Below, in pieces: positions 50,101 to 62,295 of a stretch of 64,000 nt of DNA (positions are counted from its first letter, which is position 1; the number at the start of each line of letters is the position of its first letter). The notes below the pieces were generated by a model that saw nothing but the letters and a program-made list of their open reading frames with translations, was not told the origin of the DNA and did not search any database. The DNA is from Dipteris shenzhenensis. Its lineage: Eukaryota. Both the position numbers and the translations under genes were made by a program. The stretch lies in the NCBI GenBank assembly GCA_047967505.1, contig CM106538.1; one strand, 5' to 3'.

Positions 50101-52940
50101 GAATTTTCCAACTTTGAAAGCCAAAAGTGGTGTGAAAACCAGCATCATCTAGCTGACCCACTGAAATAAGACTCTTGGTCAGCTTAGGCACATGTCTCAC
50201 ATGTTTCAAAACAAATGCAGACCCATTTGCAAAAGAAAACTTTATGTCACCTACTCCCACTATGTCACATGCATAGTCATTTCCAAGATGCACACAACCT
50301 GTCTTTCCACTATCATAAGTGGAGAACCATTCCCTATGGGGAGTAACATGGAATGAAGCACCAGAATCCAAAATCCAATCCTGGGAATATGCATCATCTG
50401 AAGTGGTAAGCAACTCTGCAGATAAACTAGACATGAAGAGAACGTCATTGTCACTATCATGTGTGACTGCATTGATCTCCTTGATCTTCACTTTTGCTTT
50501 GTCTTCCCTTGGACTTTCTTCCTTTTTATTTGCACCCCAATTTGCATTCTTTTTCTTATTCTTTTGCTCTCTTTTCAGCTTGTAGCAATCCTTTTTCATA
50601 TGGCCCTTCTTGCCACAATGGTAACACTCAATGTTTCGTGCCCTGGATTTGCTACGAGACTTCCCTCTTTCTTGGGACTTCCCCCTAAACTGTGATCTGC
50701 CCCTTTTCACATTTAACGCTGCATCCTTCTTGTTGCCATCCATAGACTTCCGTCTAATCTCCTCAGCCAACAAGCTACCCACAACATCATCAAATTTCAG
50801 TACTCCACCAGGTGCAGAGTTACTGACAGCTATACGGAAGGTATCCCATGAAAATGGCAATGAACATAAGAGAAATATTGGCTTAGTCTCCGCATCAAAA
50901 TTCATTTTCTGAGCCTGAAGTTGGCTGAAAATAATATTGAATTCATTCAAGTGAGAAGCAATGGAGACCCCTTCCTTCATCTGCAGCTCAAACAATCTCT
51001 TCATGAGGTAAACTTTATTAGAGGCAGTTTCCTTCTCATAAGTGGCACACAGTTTCTTCCACAAATCTTCTGTAGTCTGCTCATTTACTACTGTGAAATA
51101 AACTGACTCTGCAAGATGAAGTCTAATAGTAGACTTTGCTAATGCATCCAACTCATTCCAATCATCCTCAGACATATTTGCAGGCTTAGCTTCAATCCCT
51201 GCCAAGGGTTTAATCTGCTTCTTTTGAATAAGCACATCCCTTATTTGTTCTTTCCACAAAGAAAAGTTTGTCCCATCAAACTTTTTAATGCTGAAAAAAC
51301 TCCTTTTCAGACATGGAAGAGGATGCCATGATGCAAATGAAACAAAATCGCAAATGCTAGTGCCTGCAAGAGAGAATCACACCAAATACTAGGTGCACCC
51401 AAATGTGTATGCCACAATAGAGTGAAATATCACCAAAATTCAAAGCTCAAAGCATCAAAAGATGCATCTGACTCATGTGCATATACTATGCATCCATATG
51501 AGCAAATCTGGCCCAAAAGAAAATGCCAATAAGTGCCAAATGACTCAAGCATAAACACTGTCCACTGGCATATGCATCAATAATATCTCATCCAAGAGAG
51601 CATAGCACTATCAGTGCATCACCAACAATGTGTCAAAGCTGTCCCTCAGCATAAAATAGCATCCATGTGCAAAGCGTCCATAAAAAATAGCATCCCACAA
51701 GGCAATTTGGGCCTATCAGCGCATCCAACAAGGACCGCAATGCACCCAAATGGCCTATAAATCATCCATTGCAACCCAATGCATACCACGAATGAGCACA
51801 CACTGCTCAAACTACAACCAGAGTGATCTGCATAAGGTATGCTCAAGAAATCATAGTCCCACGGTAATGAGCGCTACTGAAAATAGAACCTGAGATGCCT
51901 CAAAACATGGGCACCATTGCATAATTGGAATCAGCAAGAAAATCTGCAAATATCTCTCTTCTGTGAGAACTCCAAAATCCCAACCGATGAGTGAGAAATG
52001 GGAGTCAACACTTATCCACTGCCATGTGGCATAAATCTAAGGTTTCAAAACCTTAGAATGAAAAATGCATAACAGAGAGATGAAATCGAATACACAGAGA
52101 TCTATAACTCTAAAAATCCTCCACCGAATCGCGCAAGAACTGACAGGTAGGGGTTTTTGGGCGTCCAGAACGCAATGGGACAGACGGTTTTGGAAACCGT
52201 GGTCTCAATCACTGGGTCCAACACACGGACTGAAAAAAGTTTTTGGAAACAGAGCTATCTGTAAACTCCACCGGAGTGCGAATGATGAGCAACATAGAAG
52301 TTTTAGGACCTCTTGAGTCCACCGGAACTGACAGATTTGCAAATGGTTGCTCCAAACTTGAGTTCCAACACCCGGGAAAAAAACGCAGGAACTGACACAG
52401 TGAGTCAGAAATCCAATGAAATGATCCCAGATTCAAGAATGAAGGTGTTTCCAAGCTCCTGAAGTGAAGTGGACACCAAAAGCAAGCAATAGTTGCCTCT
52501 ACAAGTCAATACGGAGTCTCTGTCATCGAACGGAACAGGGAAAAGCTCAAAAAATAACTTTTTCTTTGAAACCACTTAACAGGCTCTCAAAACCACTTCG
52601 CAAAGCCAAAGTGACTTTTCCAAATGTTCCTCCAAGGTCTCTGCATACTCGGATGCAAGTAAAGTCACGCACAAAGTTTCCCACAAAGCTTCTCCTTCCT
52701 CCCACAGAGCTGCTGAGCTTCTAAGCATTCACGCACGCTCAGCTAGATCACTCGGGCTTTGATACCAATTGAGAGTGCTCTCAACGGAAGCAAGAACGGA
52801 AGAAGGAGAGAGAGAGACAGAGAGCCACACAAGTTTTGATGGGTGCAGAACCACCCTAATCTTCTTTTTCATTCATTTATATATGTGTTTGAGTATTGTA
52901 CATAACTGGGGTGAAGGCACAGTGACCTTTAACCCCCACA
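47118..52940 (-). mobile_element. Ty1/Copia LTR retrotransposon, copy 2 (same family as copy 1)
   Basis: 171-bp LTRs (47118-47288, 52770-52940; two mismatches), TSD TGTAC, mutated PBS TGGTATCAAAGC. Confidence 0.98.
47342..51330 (-). pseudogene. Copia gag-pol, disrupted
   Basis: Stops at 47834 and 49124, a frameshift near 51295 and a 78-bp in-frame deletion at ~49280. Confidence 0.96.
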
Positions 52941-53049
52941 TGTACATATAGCACGAAGCTAAGCCACGTCCTGTGGCTTCAAGTACCAAAAATAAGAGGA
53001 GTGTATATACAAGAGGCATGAAGCCAAGCTAGTGGCTTTAAGTACAAAA

Positions 53050-54276
53050 AAGAGTAGCTAGTACTACTTCTATGACTAATCTAAGTTCTCCAATCCTTGC
53101 TCCCTTCTACGCTCCCTTCTGTGCTCCCTTCTCCACCTCCTTCCTCGTCTTCTTCCTTGTCTTCTTATGCAGGGGCCTGTAAACAAGGGACAACATATAT
53201 CAATGTATGAAAAATCAAATCTTTACTTATAATATTGACATTATTTAATTACTTTCAAATACCTCGGGGGACGCTCCAGTAGCCCGGATATACTGCTCCT
53301 CAGTAATCAACCCGTCATTATAAAAGTGCTTCCATATATCTCCTCTGTGATGGTGGCGGTGGTAGGCTGTCTCGACAGGAGTAGGGTATCTGCCCATGAT
53401 ATCAAGCTATAAGATGAACAATTTGCAGAGGGGTTAGTACAAAGAAATAACCTCCTAATAAACTACATAAATAATATAATTTGAGATCAATACTTACAAA
53501 TTGGGTCTCCCATGATTCAAGACCCCCTGCTCCAAAATGCACGCTTCCATATTGCTCCATTTGGATCCTTCGTGCCTCCAGGTGCTGCATACTGGGTTCC
53601 TCCCTCACTGACTTCATTGCTTTCTTCCACTCACGGTTGTGAGTAGTGTGGGGTGGGCCCCTTGGTGGTTGACCTCCCTTGAGCCTGGCAAGCTCCGCTA
53701 GTGCAAGCAAAGATCTTTTATTGTCAAGTATCGTAACAATCTTTGACTTGGCCCATTTATCTATGAACTGAAGATTGGGGGGGTTAGGATACCTAAAGCG
53801 AACAGCAGCGAGGGTCTCATTAGCCAACCTCTTTGGCTCATCTTTGTAGTGGATAAAGCAATCTTTGTAATTGTTAGCAATTACAGAGTGCATGAAGGCC
53901 ATGATGTCCTTCCCCTGTGCATCCATCAACTTGATGCCTCCTATCTGAGTGATGTCATAGAAGATCGTACCATCACCAGGAGGCATGTCTAAATCATCTG
54001 AATCATCCTCGTCCCACCACCACCCCTCCTAAAGCACTGTGCCATGCATCCCCCACCGCTCTCCCTGCTACTATGCCTACTACCGTGTTGTGTCGAGCTA
54101 GTACGCTGGCCACTCGTAGCTGGAGATTGCACAGGACTACGTGGATTACTCATAGCTGGAGAACCGAGTCTCGACTGTACAGGAGTACGCCAATGGCTCT
54201 GCGAGACAGAAGGACCTCCTGACGGCATGGGGGAAGGGGCATAAGATGACATGGGGGAAGGGGCATAAGAGGGCAT
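53050..54276 (-). pseudogene. TnpA-like accessory gene of CACTA-like element 2
   Basis: ORFs 53402-53986 and 53989-54276; paralog of 63084-63902; GSVHFGAGG motif; spliced 3' exons. Confidence 0.75.
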
Positions 54277-54285
54277 GGGGGAAGG

Positions 54286-56589
54286 ATGTCTTCATCTTCA
54301 ACAAGTAGCTCTAGTGAGGATGAATCCCTCCGTGTCCACTATCACGAAATGTGGTTGGAGCAAAAAATCAAATGTATGTGTGATCGATGTCAAGGAAACA
54401 TGTATCGTGCGCATAAGATTACACTCAATCACATCTCAAAGTATGGACAATGGGATGCGAGCGTAAACATGGTAAGTGTTAAAGAGTTAAGGTTGATTGA
54501 GATACCTATGAGTGTTCATATGTTTGAGTTATGATCCCGTTTTAATTTGATACAGGATGTAGTGCCACACCCGCATATGTTGCCCTATGCTTGTCGTGAG
54601 GAGGCGAAGCGTCGGCGATATGAGGTGGGATCTTCAGGAGGGAAAGTTATGGATGCATGGAGTGATGGTGATAGTAGCCCTCCGCCATCACCTCATGAAG
54701 CCGTGGAGGAGGAGGTGTTTGATGATATGGTGCGGGATTTATATGTCCATCAATCCGAAGGGAGGGATGATAGCATGGAGCAGGATGCGATCTTTTTACC
54801 GCAGCATCAACTCCACTATTTGAGGGGTGCACATTCTCTATTCTATGTGCCTCCCTTGAGTTACTAAACTTGGGATGGAGCAATGCAAGTTTGAATGCAT
54901 TACTCAAGTAAGCTTTAAAGTCTATTTTGCAAACATGATGAATTATGCTAGTGGGTCAATTACTCGAATGCTTTTCCTCATTTATGGTCTTCACGTGCAG
55001 GCTATTGTGTAAAATGCTTCCAAAGGAGAATAAATTACCGACCTCAAGAGATATAGCAAGGCAACATGTGACCTCTCTTAGAGGATTAGATTACAAGCGC
55101 ATCAATGCATGCGTCAACGATTGCGTTTTGTTTCGTGGACTACATAAGGATGCAAGAGAGTGCCCTACTTGTGGAGAGGCAAGATATAGAGCACATCTCA
55201 AAACTTTGGATGTGCCTCATAAGGTTCTGTGACATTTTCCCATAATTCCTCGCATCCAACATATGTTCAAGTGCAAATCCATTGCAGAGCTCATGTCATG
55301 GCATTCCTCCCATCGATCAACCGATGGCAAGTGGAGAACTCTCGCACACTCTCCTGCGTGGAAGCATATTGAAGACACATGGCCAAGCTTCAAGGAAGAA
55401 CCTAGGAGCTTGAGACTTTAGAGAACGCATAGGACTTTGAAGCTCATTTAGAACAAGCTGAGCACGACGCATTGGGGAAGGAAGACCCCCCGGGTATGGA
55501 CGGTGTGAACCATTTGGTCTCAAAAGCACCTCTTACAGTGTATGGCCAGTGATATTGGTGAATTATAATCTTCCACCCTCTATGGCTATAAAGAAAGGAC
55601 ATGTTATGTTGTCCCTTCTAATTCTAGGGAAACATAAAGTCAAAAATCTTGATGTTTATTTGGAGCCTTTGATTGACGAGCTAGAGATACTTTGGAGAGG
55701 TATCGAGGTGCATGATGTGAGCAGGCCTCCCTCATCACGAGACTTCAACTACAAAGCAGTTTTGATGTGGATGCTGCATGACTTCCCAGGCTATGGCGAG
55801 TGTTCAGGTAAGCATTGCACTTTTAATTATGAGTAGGCAACCGATGTGGCACCTTGAACTCACCTTCAACTCTTAATTGCATCTATTGTTCAGGTCTCAC
55901 TACATCGAGTTACCATGCATGTCCTATTTGTGGTCCTTTGCTAGTTGCCTCACGGGCAGATGCATTGAATAAGGTCATCTATGAGAATCACCATCGATTT
56001 CTCCCACCTGATCATCCTAGATATGTTGCCCCTTGGAATGAAGTCCTCCCACAATCACTCACTATGGGAGATTGGATGAGAATTTGGGACGGTTCCACGA
56101 CTCCTCCACCACTTGGCATGAGCCGGTAAGGGTTTGTAACTATTGTGTGCTATATTGGCTGGAAATAAAGATTGCTCGCTAACACCAGCTTTTGTTTAGA
56201 TACTCCATCTTTTATCGTTTACCATATTGGTCCCACCTCAAGATCAATCACCTGCTTGATCCCATGCATATCTTCAAGAATGTGGCATCTACCGTTTGGG
56301 AGCATTTGAATGGGACACGAGATTCCGTAGGCATAAGGGAGGATCTACGTACCACAGGGAGGATGCATGAAGCTTGGCCACAAGAGAGACCAAATGGGCG
56401 TGTTTTTGACCTTGTGCACCGTGGAGGTTATCAAAGCTAGAGATGGCGGCGGTGAAGCACGCTATTACTACAATTCGTACTCCCATTGGATGCATAAGGT
56501 GTTTGCAGGGGGCCTTTGCAAAGAGCAAGAAAAGAGGTGTAGAGCAATTATATGGCTTGAAATCTCATGATTGGCACAAGATGCTCCAA
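54286..56589 (+). pseudogene. CACTA transposase of element 2, truncated within this window
   Basis: CMCDRC, INACVNDCVLF, MDGVNPF-like, WMLHDFPGYG, LDPMHIFKNV and GLKSHDWHKML. Exon layout is similar to CACTA-1; the gene stops at an intron near 56590. Confidence 0.9.
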
Positions 56590-58077
56590 GTATAGTATTT
56601 TATGTGCATAATATCTTTTTCCTTTCAAATTTGTGAGTGAATTTTTGGAGTGTACTCTTCTATGATTTGGATTCTCACATGATTTGGATTAGAGGGGTTT
56701 CCTCCTTATGCATTGTTCATTTTTGTAAGATGCAGTGACTAGGTGCATACAACCCTCCATCTCCTTGTAGGCTATTAATTTCCTAATTTAATAGCCTTCC
56801 CAATCTTGCACTTCCACAATGATCACTTGGTTGATTGAAGTATTCTGCAGTGATGGCGATTGTTGATAATGGGATTTCATGGGTCTTGTATATGTAGGAT
56901 TCATTGCTTAAGCACCCTACTCATTGAAAGCATTAGGGGATGCTGGAAATGCTAGAATTTGCCTTGATAAGGACATTTATATCATTGGTATGGACATGTG
57001 GGCTAGTCTAGATTCATTTTAGTTATTTTATACTTGTCATGTTATGTGATACTATGGGTAATACATAAACCCAGTGGTCACTTGGTGTACTATCACTCAT
57101 TGTATTCATTCCTCTTATCCATTCAGTACACATTCTTGGTTCTCTCATGCTTTGCAGAAAAATCAGTCTTAGATGGGCAAAATCCACCCTCTAGGAAGCT
57201 AGTGGATCAGCCCACTCTTGGCAGGACACGCGGTACCACAGGTTGAGGAACAAAGGGTTTAGGGGGAGCATAGGAGCAGGAGAGGAAGAAGGTCTAAGAG
57301 CATGGGGGAAAGAAGAGAGAGCAGGGAGGAGGAGGAGGGAGGACGAGGAGAGAGGAGGAGGAGGAGGAGGAAGGAAGAGAAGGAGGAGGGAGGAGGAGGA
57401 GGAAGGAGGAGGGAGGAGGAGAGGGAGATTACAAATGTAGATTTTTTGTAGCGAAAATGTAAAGGTATCCCCACATGTAGCACACGCCTTATGTGGAGGT
57501 GCAAAAATGTGAAGGTTCCCGACATGTAGCGCATGCCTTATGTGGGCACATAAGGCTTGAGCCTAATGTAGGGGTGGCAAAATGTGAAGGTGCCCCCAAA
57601 TGTGGCATATTTGGGCACATAAAGCTTGAGCATTATGTGGGGGCTCAGCTTATGAAGATAAGGCAAATCCCTTATGTTGAGAAGACTTTAGTTTTCTCCC
57701 TCCAAAACTTTAAACAACTCCCTCTTGAAAACTTTTGATTAAAAAAAAAAAAAAAACTCTCCACTCCCTATCTCCCCTCCCTTTCTACCTCACCACTTGG
57801 CTCTCCCCTCCTCTCCCACGTTGAGCTACATCCTATTTTTGGCCTGCCCTCGGGGTTGCCTTAGCACCCATTAGGTTTTGGCAAAGCAGAAATTCACGAA
57901 TTTTTGTGGTGGGAAAAATGGGTTTCTTTGAAATTCCACATGTGATTGTCTAATTCGCAATGCATTTGCCATGTGTCCAGTTGGTGAGTGCCATTGTTCG
58001 TTTGCATTCATGCCACGTGTCCGTTTCTCTTTGAATGCATAGATACATGCAACGTTTGCTTTGTTTTGTTTTGGTCA

Positions 58078-58556
58078 TTCTTTCGCCGATGATCTCGCTG
58101 TCTTTCTCTAGGCGTTGATGTCGTCTTCTTTGTGCCTCGCATCTCCATTGTAGCGGATGGATATGAATTGCCTTCTGTGCTGTCTTGGAGAAATTTGCAT
58201 GTTTGAGAATGTTCCAGGTCGCCTTTTGTACTGTCTTGGAGAAATTTGCAAGTCTGAGAATGTTCTAGGTCGGTCTCCAGATTGAATGCTGACGGCGCGT
58301 TCTTATTTCATCAAATTGATTCTTGTTGTTTTGCAAAATAATTTCGTTCTTCCGCCGATGATCTCGTCGTCTTTCTCTAGGTTTTGATGCCGTCTTCTTT
58401 GCGCATCGCGTCTTCTATTATAGCGGATGGATACGAATTACGTTCTATGCTGTCTTGGAGAAATTTGCAGGTCGGAGAATGTTCCAGGTCGATCTTCGGA
58501 TTAAATGCTGATGGCGTGTTCTTATTTCATCGAATTGATTCTTGTTGTTTTGCAAA
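58078..58556. repeat. Diverged direct duplication (~210-270 bp)
   Basis: CGCCGATGATCTCG...GAGAATGTTCCAGGTC...TTCTTGTTGTTTTGCAAA at ~58084 and ~58354. Confidence 0.85.
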
Positions 58557-61329
58557 TTGATTGCTAGAGGATTATTCGTTGCCTAGGAATGGTTGTTGCT
58601 GCTAAATGAAAATCAATGATTACCAGCAGGTAGCTGAGGGAATTCGGCGCCATAACTCTGCAAATCTTCGTCTAGATTTGGAACTGTTGACGACGTGCAC
58701 TGCCCTTGCCTCCACAATTTCTATAAAGAGAAGGGTTTGTTTGAAGGAACGTATTCTTCTTCTTCTAATTTTGCGAACGATTACTTCTATGGAGGCCTCA
58801 ACATAATCTATAGACACTGATAGCTGTGCCTTCGTCAAAGGTACCTGTGGATTTTCCTTGTCTACCAAGGATCATGCATTGTTTTCTGTGTTTTTTCCTT
58901 CCTTTCACTCTTATTGACGCTTCGTAATGCTTGGTTTTGTTGGCAGGTCTTGCCAAAGTTTGTCCTCAGTTTGCTCATGACTCTGTTACCCCGCCTTTGA
59001 AGAAAGATCTTGGCAAGGAAGTGGAGAAAGAAGTGATCAAGAATTCGAGCGTCAAAGAAGAATAAACACGATCGCTTTTTATATTGTCATTCTATTTTCA
59101 CTTGTGGTTCTGGACGCATTTCATCTTTCGTTTGTTCAAATCAGTCTTCTTCAAATATCGTTCTGGCTCTTCCTAAACGTTTTACCTGTCTAGCTTTTGT
59201 TTGGAAGTACGATTTCCCACATATGCAGACTTGTTCAGCTTTGGCGAACTTTGTATAATTTGATGTCCTATTTCAAATTCCATAAACAGTGAGTATCATC
59301 CATCGTTATAAGCTTTCGAACCTCTTCCAAGCTGACGCCTTCCAAAGTAGAGATTTCGAGTTTACGAGCTACTAGGTCGCAGAGAATACAATGCTTTATA
59401 CACGTGTTGTTTTTTACTTTAACGTTTGGACTAGTTCTTCTTAGATTTACTGTGCGATTACATAATGAAAGATGGAAGTAGATAGCACTTGACGCCTTCC
59501 AAAGCAGATAGTATCTGATGCCTTCCAAATAGTACAACTTTTGCAATTCTTCTGTAGGATTGAATTTAAACCGTATGTAGTTTTCCAACGTTACTCTGTT
59601 ACGTTGATACATAATCGAAAGTAGATTCAGCTGACTTCTTCCAACCTAGCAATTGCACCCGTTTATTAATACTTCTGTAGAATCGAAATTGGTAATACTT
59701 ATGTAATTTTTGAAGCTTTACATTACTAGTCATCTTTCTGTAGTTTTACAAGGTTGCTGTTACTATCATGTCCTCATTTTAGCTTTGCTGCATTTGTTTA
59801 CTATGTGTCTGTCGCTTCATTGTCTAGCATTAACTAGTCTAACACAGGTACAACATGGACACCATCAACCAATAGAAATCTGTTATACAATTGCAGTAGT
59901 GTATTTGTATAGCGGCAATGTATGTTGTTTCAGCGTAGTTAGTTTCTTCATTTATCGCAGCAATGTCATTTTGGATAAATAATTTCGTAGGTTACAAAAC
60001 TGTTACATTTTAATTATTTAGATTGATATGCAATTGTTCTTATTGTAGACAATATATTGTTTTGAAGGTGGTGCTGCACTATCCATATGCTCGTCTGTTG
60101 AGAAAGCAACATCTCCACCTTCTCCAAAATCAAACTTTCTACTTGCTTCTCCAAGTAGACCTCCAAAAGAAAACCTTTTGAAGAACTGCCCGATAAAGAA
60201 AAGCCCACGTCGTTCCTTGAAGAGTTCTTTTCAAGACGTGGCACAAGAGGCTTATGCACAAGGTAAATCTAATTGTCATTTTTTGAATGTCATCTTTCCA
60301 ATATTAATTTTGATTCGCTTTTCATTTTTTGTGTTTAATTCAGTGAAAAAGTACGGCGTTATCTGGAGTATGTTAATTTTAAAACGACAATCACCTCTCG
60401 TGTCCAGCGATGTTCCAAAACTAAGAAGTTGTGCAATGTGGAGAATAGAAAAGTGGAACCCAAAGAAGGCACAATTGAAATAATAAACATAGACTCTGAT
60501 TGATAATGAAATGTTATTTGCTTCAACTATCATTAAAAACTTCTTTGAACGAAATGTTTGCATTGTTTACCTCCTGCTAAGTACCTTCGTTGTTAGTGAA
60601 CTTCAATTTTGTTATGGCAATGGATTTAAAAAAATTGCTCAAATCAAAAAAATTGGTTCCAAATGTGGACTTTAGCTTAAGTAACCCCTCAAACACAAAT
60701 GTGTTTGACTTCCATATTAAGTTTCTATCCTACCCTATCTTATGATCAATTACTTCTAAGCATTTTTGAAAATATCTCCTCAGACAATCAAATAAATTGT
60801 GCAACATGGCATATACTTCAAAGAATTCTTATGGGCTGAACTTTGAAAGTGGAGAAAATTAGTGATCTACTTCAATACTCTTCCACTTCACGTGCGATAG
60901 TAGTAGACATTGTAAAATGTACTCATGAAAAATTTGGAACAAGTTTCACTTTGTATTTCTTTGATGGGATAAAACTTTCAAAGAAAGTAATAATAGGAAA
61001 ATCTAAAGGTATCAATTTGAAGACATTATTACTAGATGAGTCAAAAGAACCATCCTTAGTTATTCCATTGATTCATTTGGAAGATAAAAGAACGTACAAC
61101 ATGTGAAATGAAGAAGATAACAAACTATTGGAAAAACTACTTTGGTGAAAATCCAACATTGTGTGCAAAGGACATTGCAAATTTATTTAAGAATAGCAAA
61201 ATCCAATGTCCTTACACTATGCAAAGTATTGCCAACAAAATTTACAACCTCAAAAAACTTGTACTTAAAGAAAACAATGAGTTATAACAATGCCAAGTGC
61301 AAATAGATAAATCAAATAAGAAGAGAAAA

Positions 61330-62295
61330 AGAAGAGTAACCTCAAAAGCTGAAAAATATTCTAAGAAAATCCAAGATTTGCATGCATATGTTGTGGAACA
61401 TTAACATTTCGTGCAAAAATGAGCAAATTAAAGCAGTATATGAGGATTTTCATAGAAACAAATGGAATAAATATTGCAAAATGCAACTCAATAGACAAAT
61501 TTATGTGCCTGCCATGCTATAAAGACATTAAAAATCTACAAATTCCAACAATGTGCATCAAAAATTTGAAAATGGTGCCTATCGTACCCTACACTAATGG
61601 TTTGAATGATATTGAAGCATGCTTAGTCTCTATTCGAATACCTTTTGCTCAAATTGGTGAACTAACTTACGAAGGACAATTTGGATTGCATGGAAGTGTT
61701 GTGAATGTTTTTGCAGATGTAGGGAGAGTGCAACGAGTGCTACCACGATTCCTAAGTGAGAACGATACTATTACAATTGCAATGAAATGCAAATTTTCTT
61801 ACAAACATAGTTACATGAGTGGAGTTATTCGACCAACATTCGAATGGTTGCACTCAAAGAATTGTTAGAAACTCCATTGTACAAAGAAAACAATGTATTT
61901 ATAAATACACTTTGGGAAGAACATGTAAAAAGAATCCAATGTAAAGACACATTAGATGACGAGACAAACTTCGAAGACAATGCCACAATTGGAGAGGACA
62001 TTCAAACAGACACTTCAGTACATGGAATCTATACAAGTCAACAAGTTGTTGATTTTGAAAACAAATAATTGCAATTGTTCCATCCGAAGGCTTTTCCCCA
62101 GTTAGCATTTTCAAAGACAAATATTGCGAAGAGTTGGCATCCCCCAAGCTCTTTTTTGGTAATCGCAGAAACTACAGCATTCCTGAAAGAACTAGCTATC
62201 AAGCAGTTGCTCGTTGGGAACTAACAAACATAGACAGACGTGACAACCTCTTTTTCAAGACAATGAAAATCTTGATTTGGCAAATCTTATCCTCT
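61330..62295 (+). pseudogene. Helitron-like Rep/helicase N-terminal region (DUF6570-type), interrupted
   Basis: LNDIEACLVSIRIPF, GQFGLHGSVVNV, VLPR, KFSYKHSY..GVIRP, ALKELLETPLY, PSEGFSPVSIF and EELASPKLFFG; cut at 62296 by CACTA-like element 3. Confidence 0.75.

Larger units (their letters stand above)
46528..56600. mobile_element. CACTA-like element 2 (5'-CACAA terminus); right end not seen
   Basis: Terminus CACAACAAGACAAAGCACC is shared with 62296; ATAGACGC subterminal repeats; TnpA-like and transposase genes. Confidence 0.85.

Noticed and set aside
32217-52940. Segmental duplication as the origin of the two Copia copies
   Set aside because: Each copy has its own TSD and unrelated flanks.
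56632-57240. Possible solo LTR (TGTG...CACA)
   Set aside because: No convincing TSD, PBS or second copy; left unassigned.
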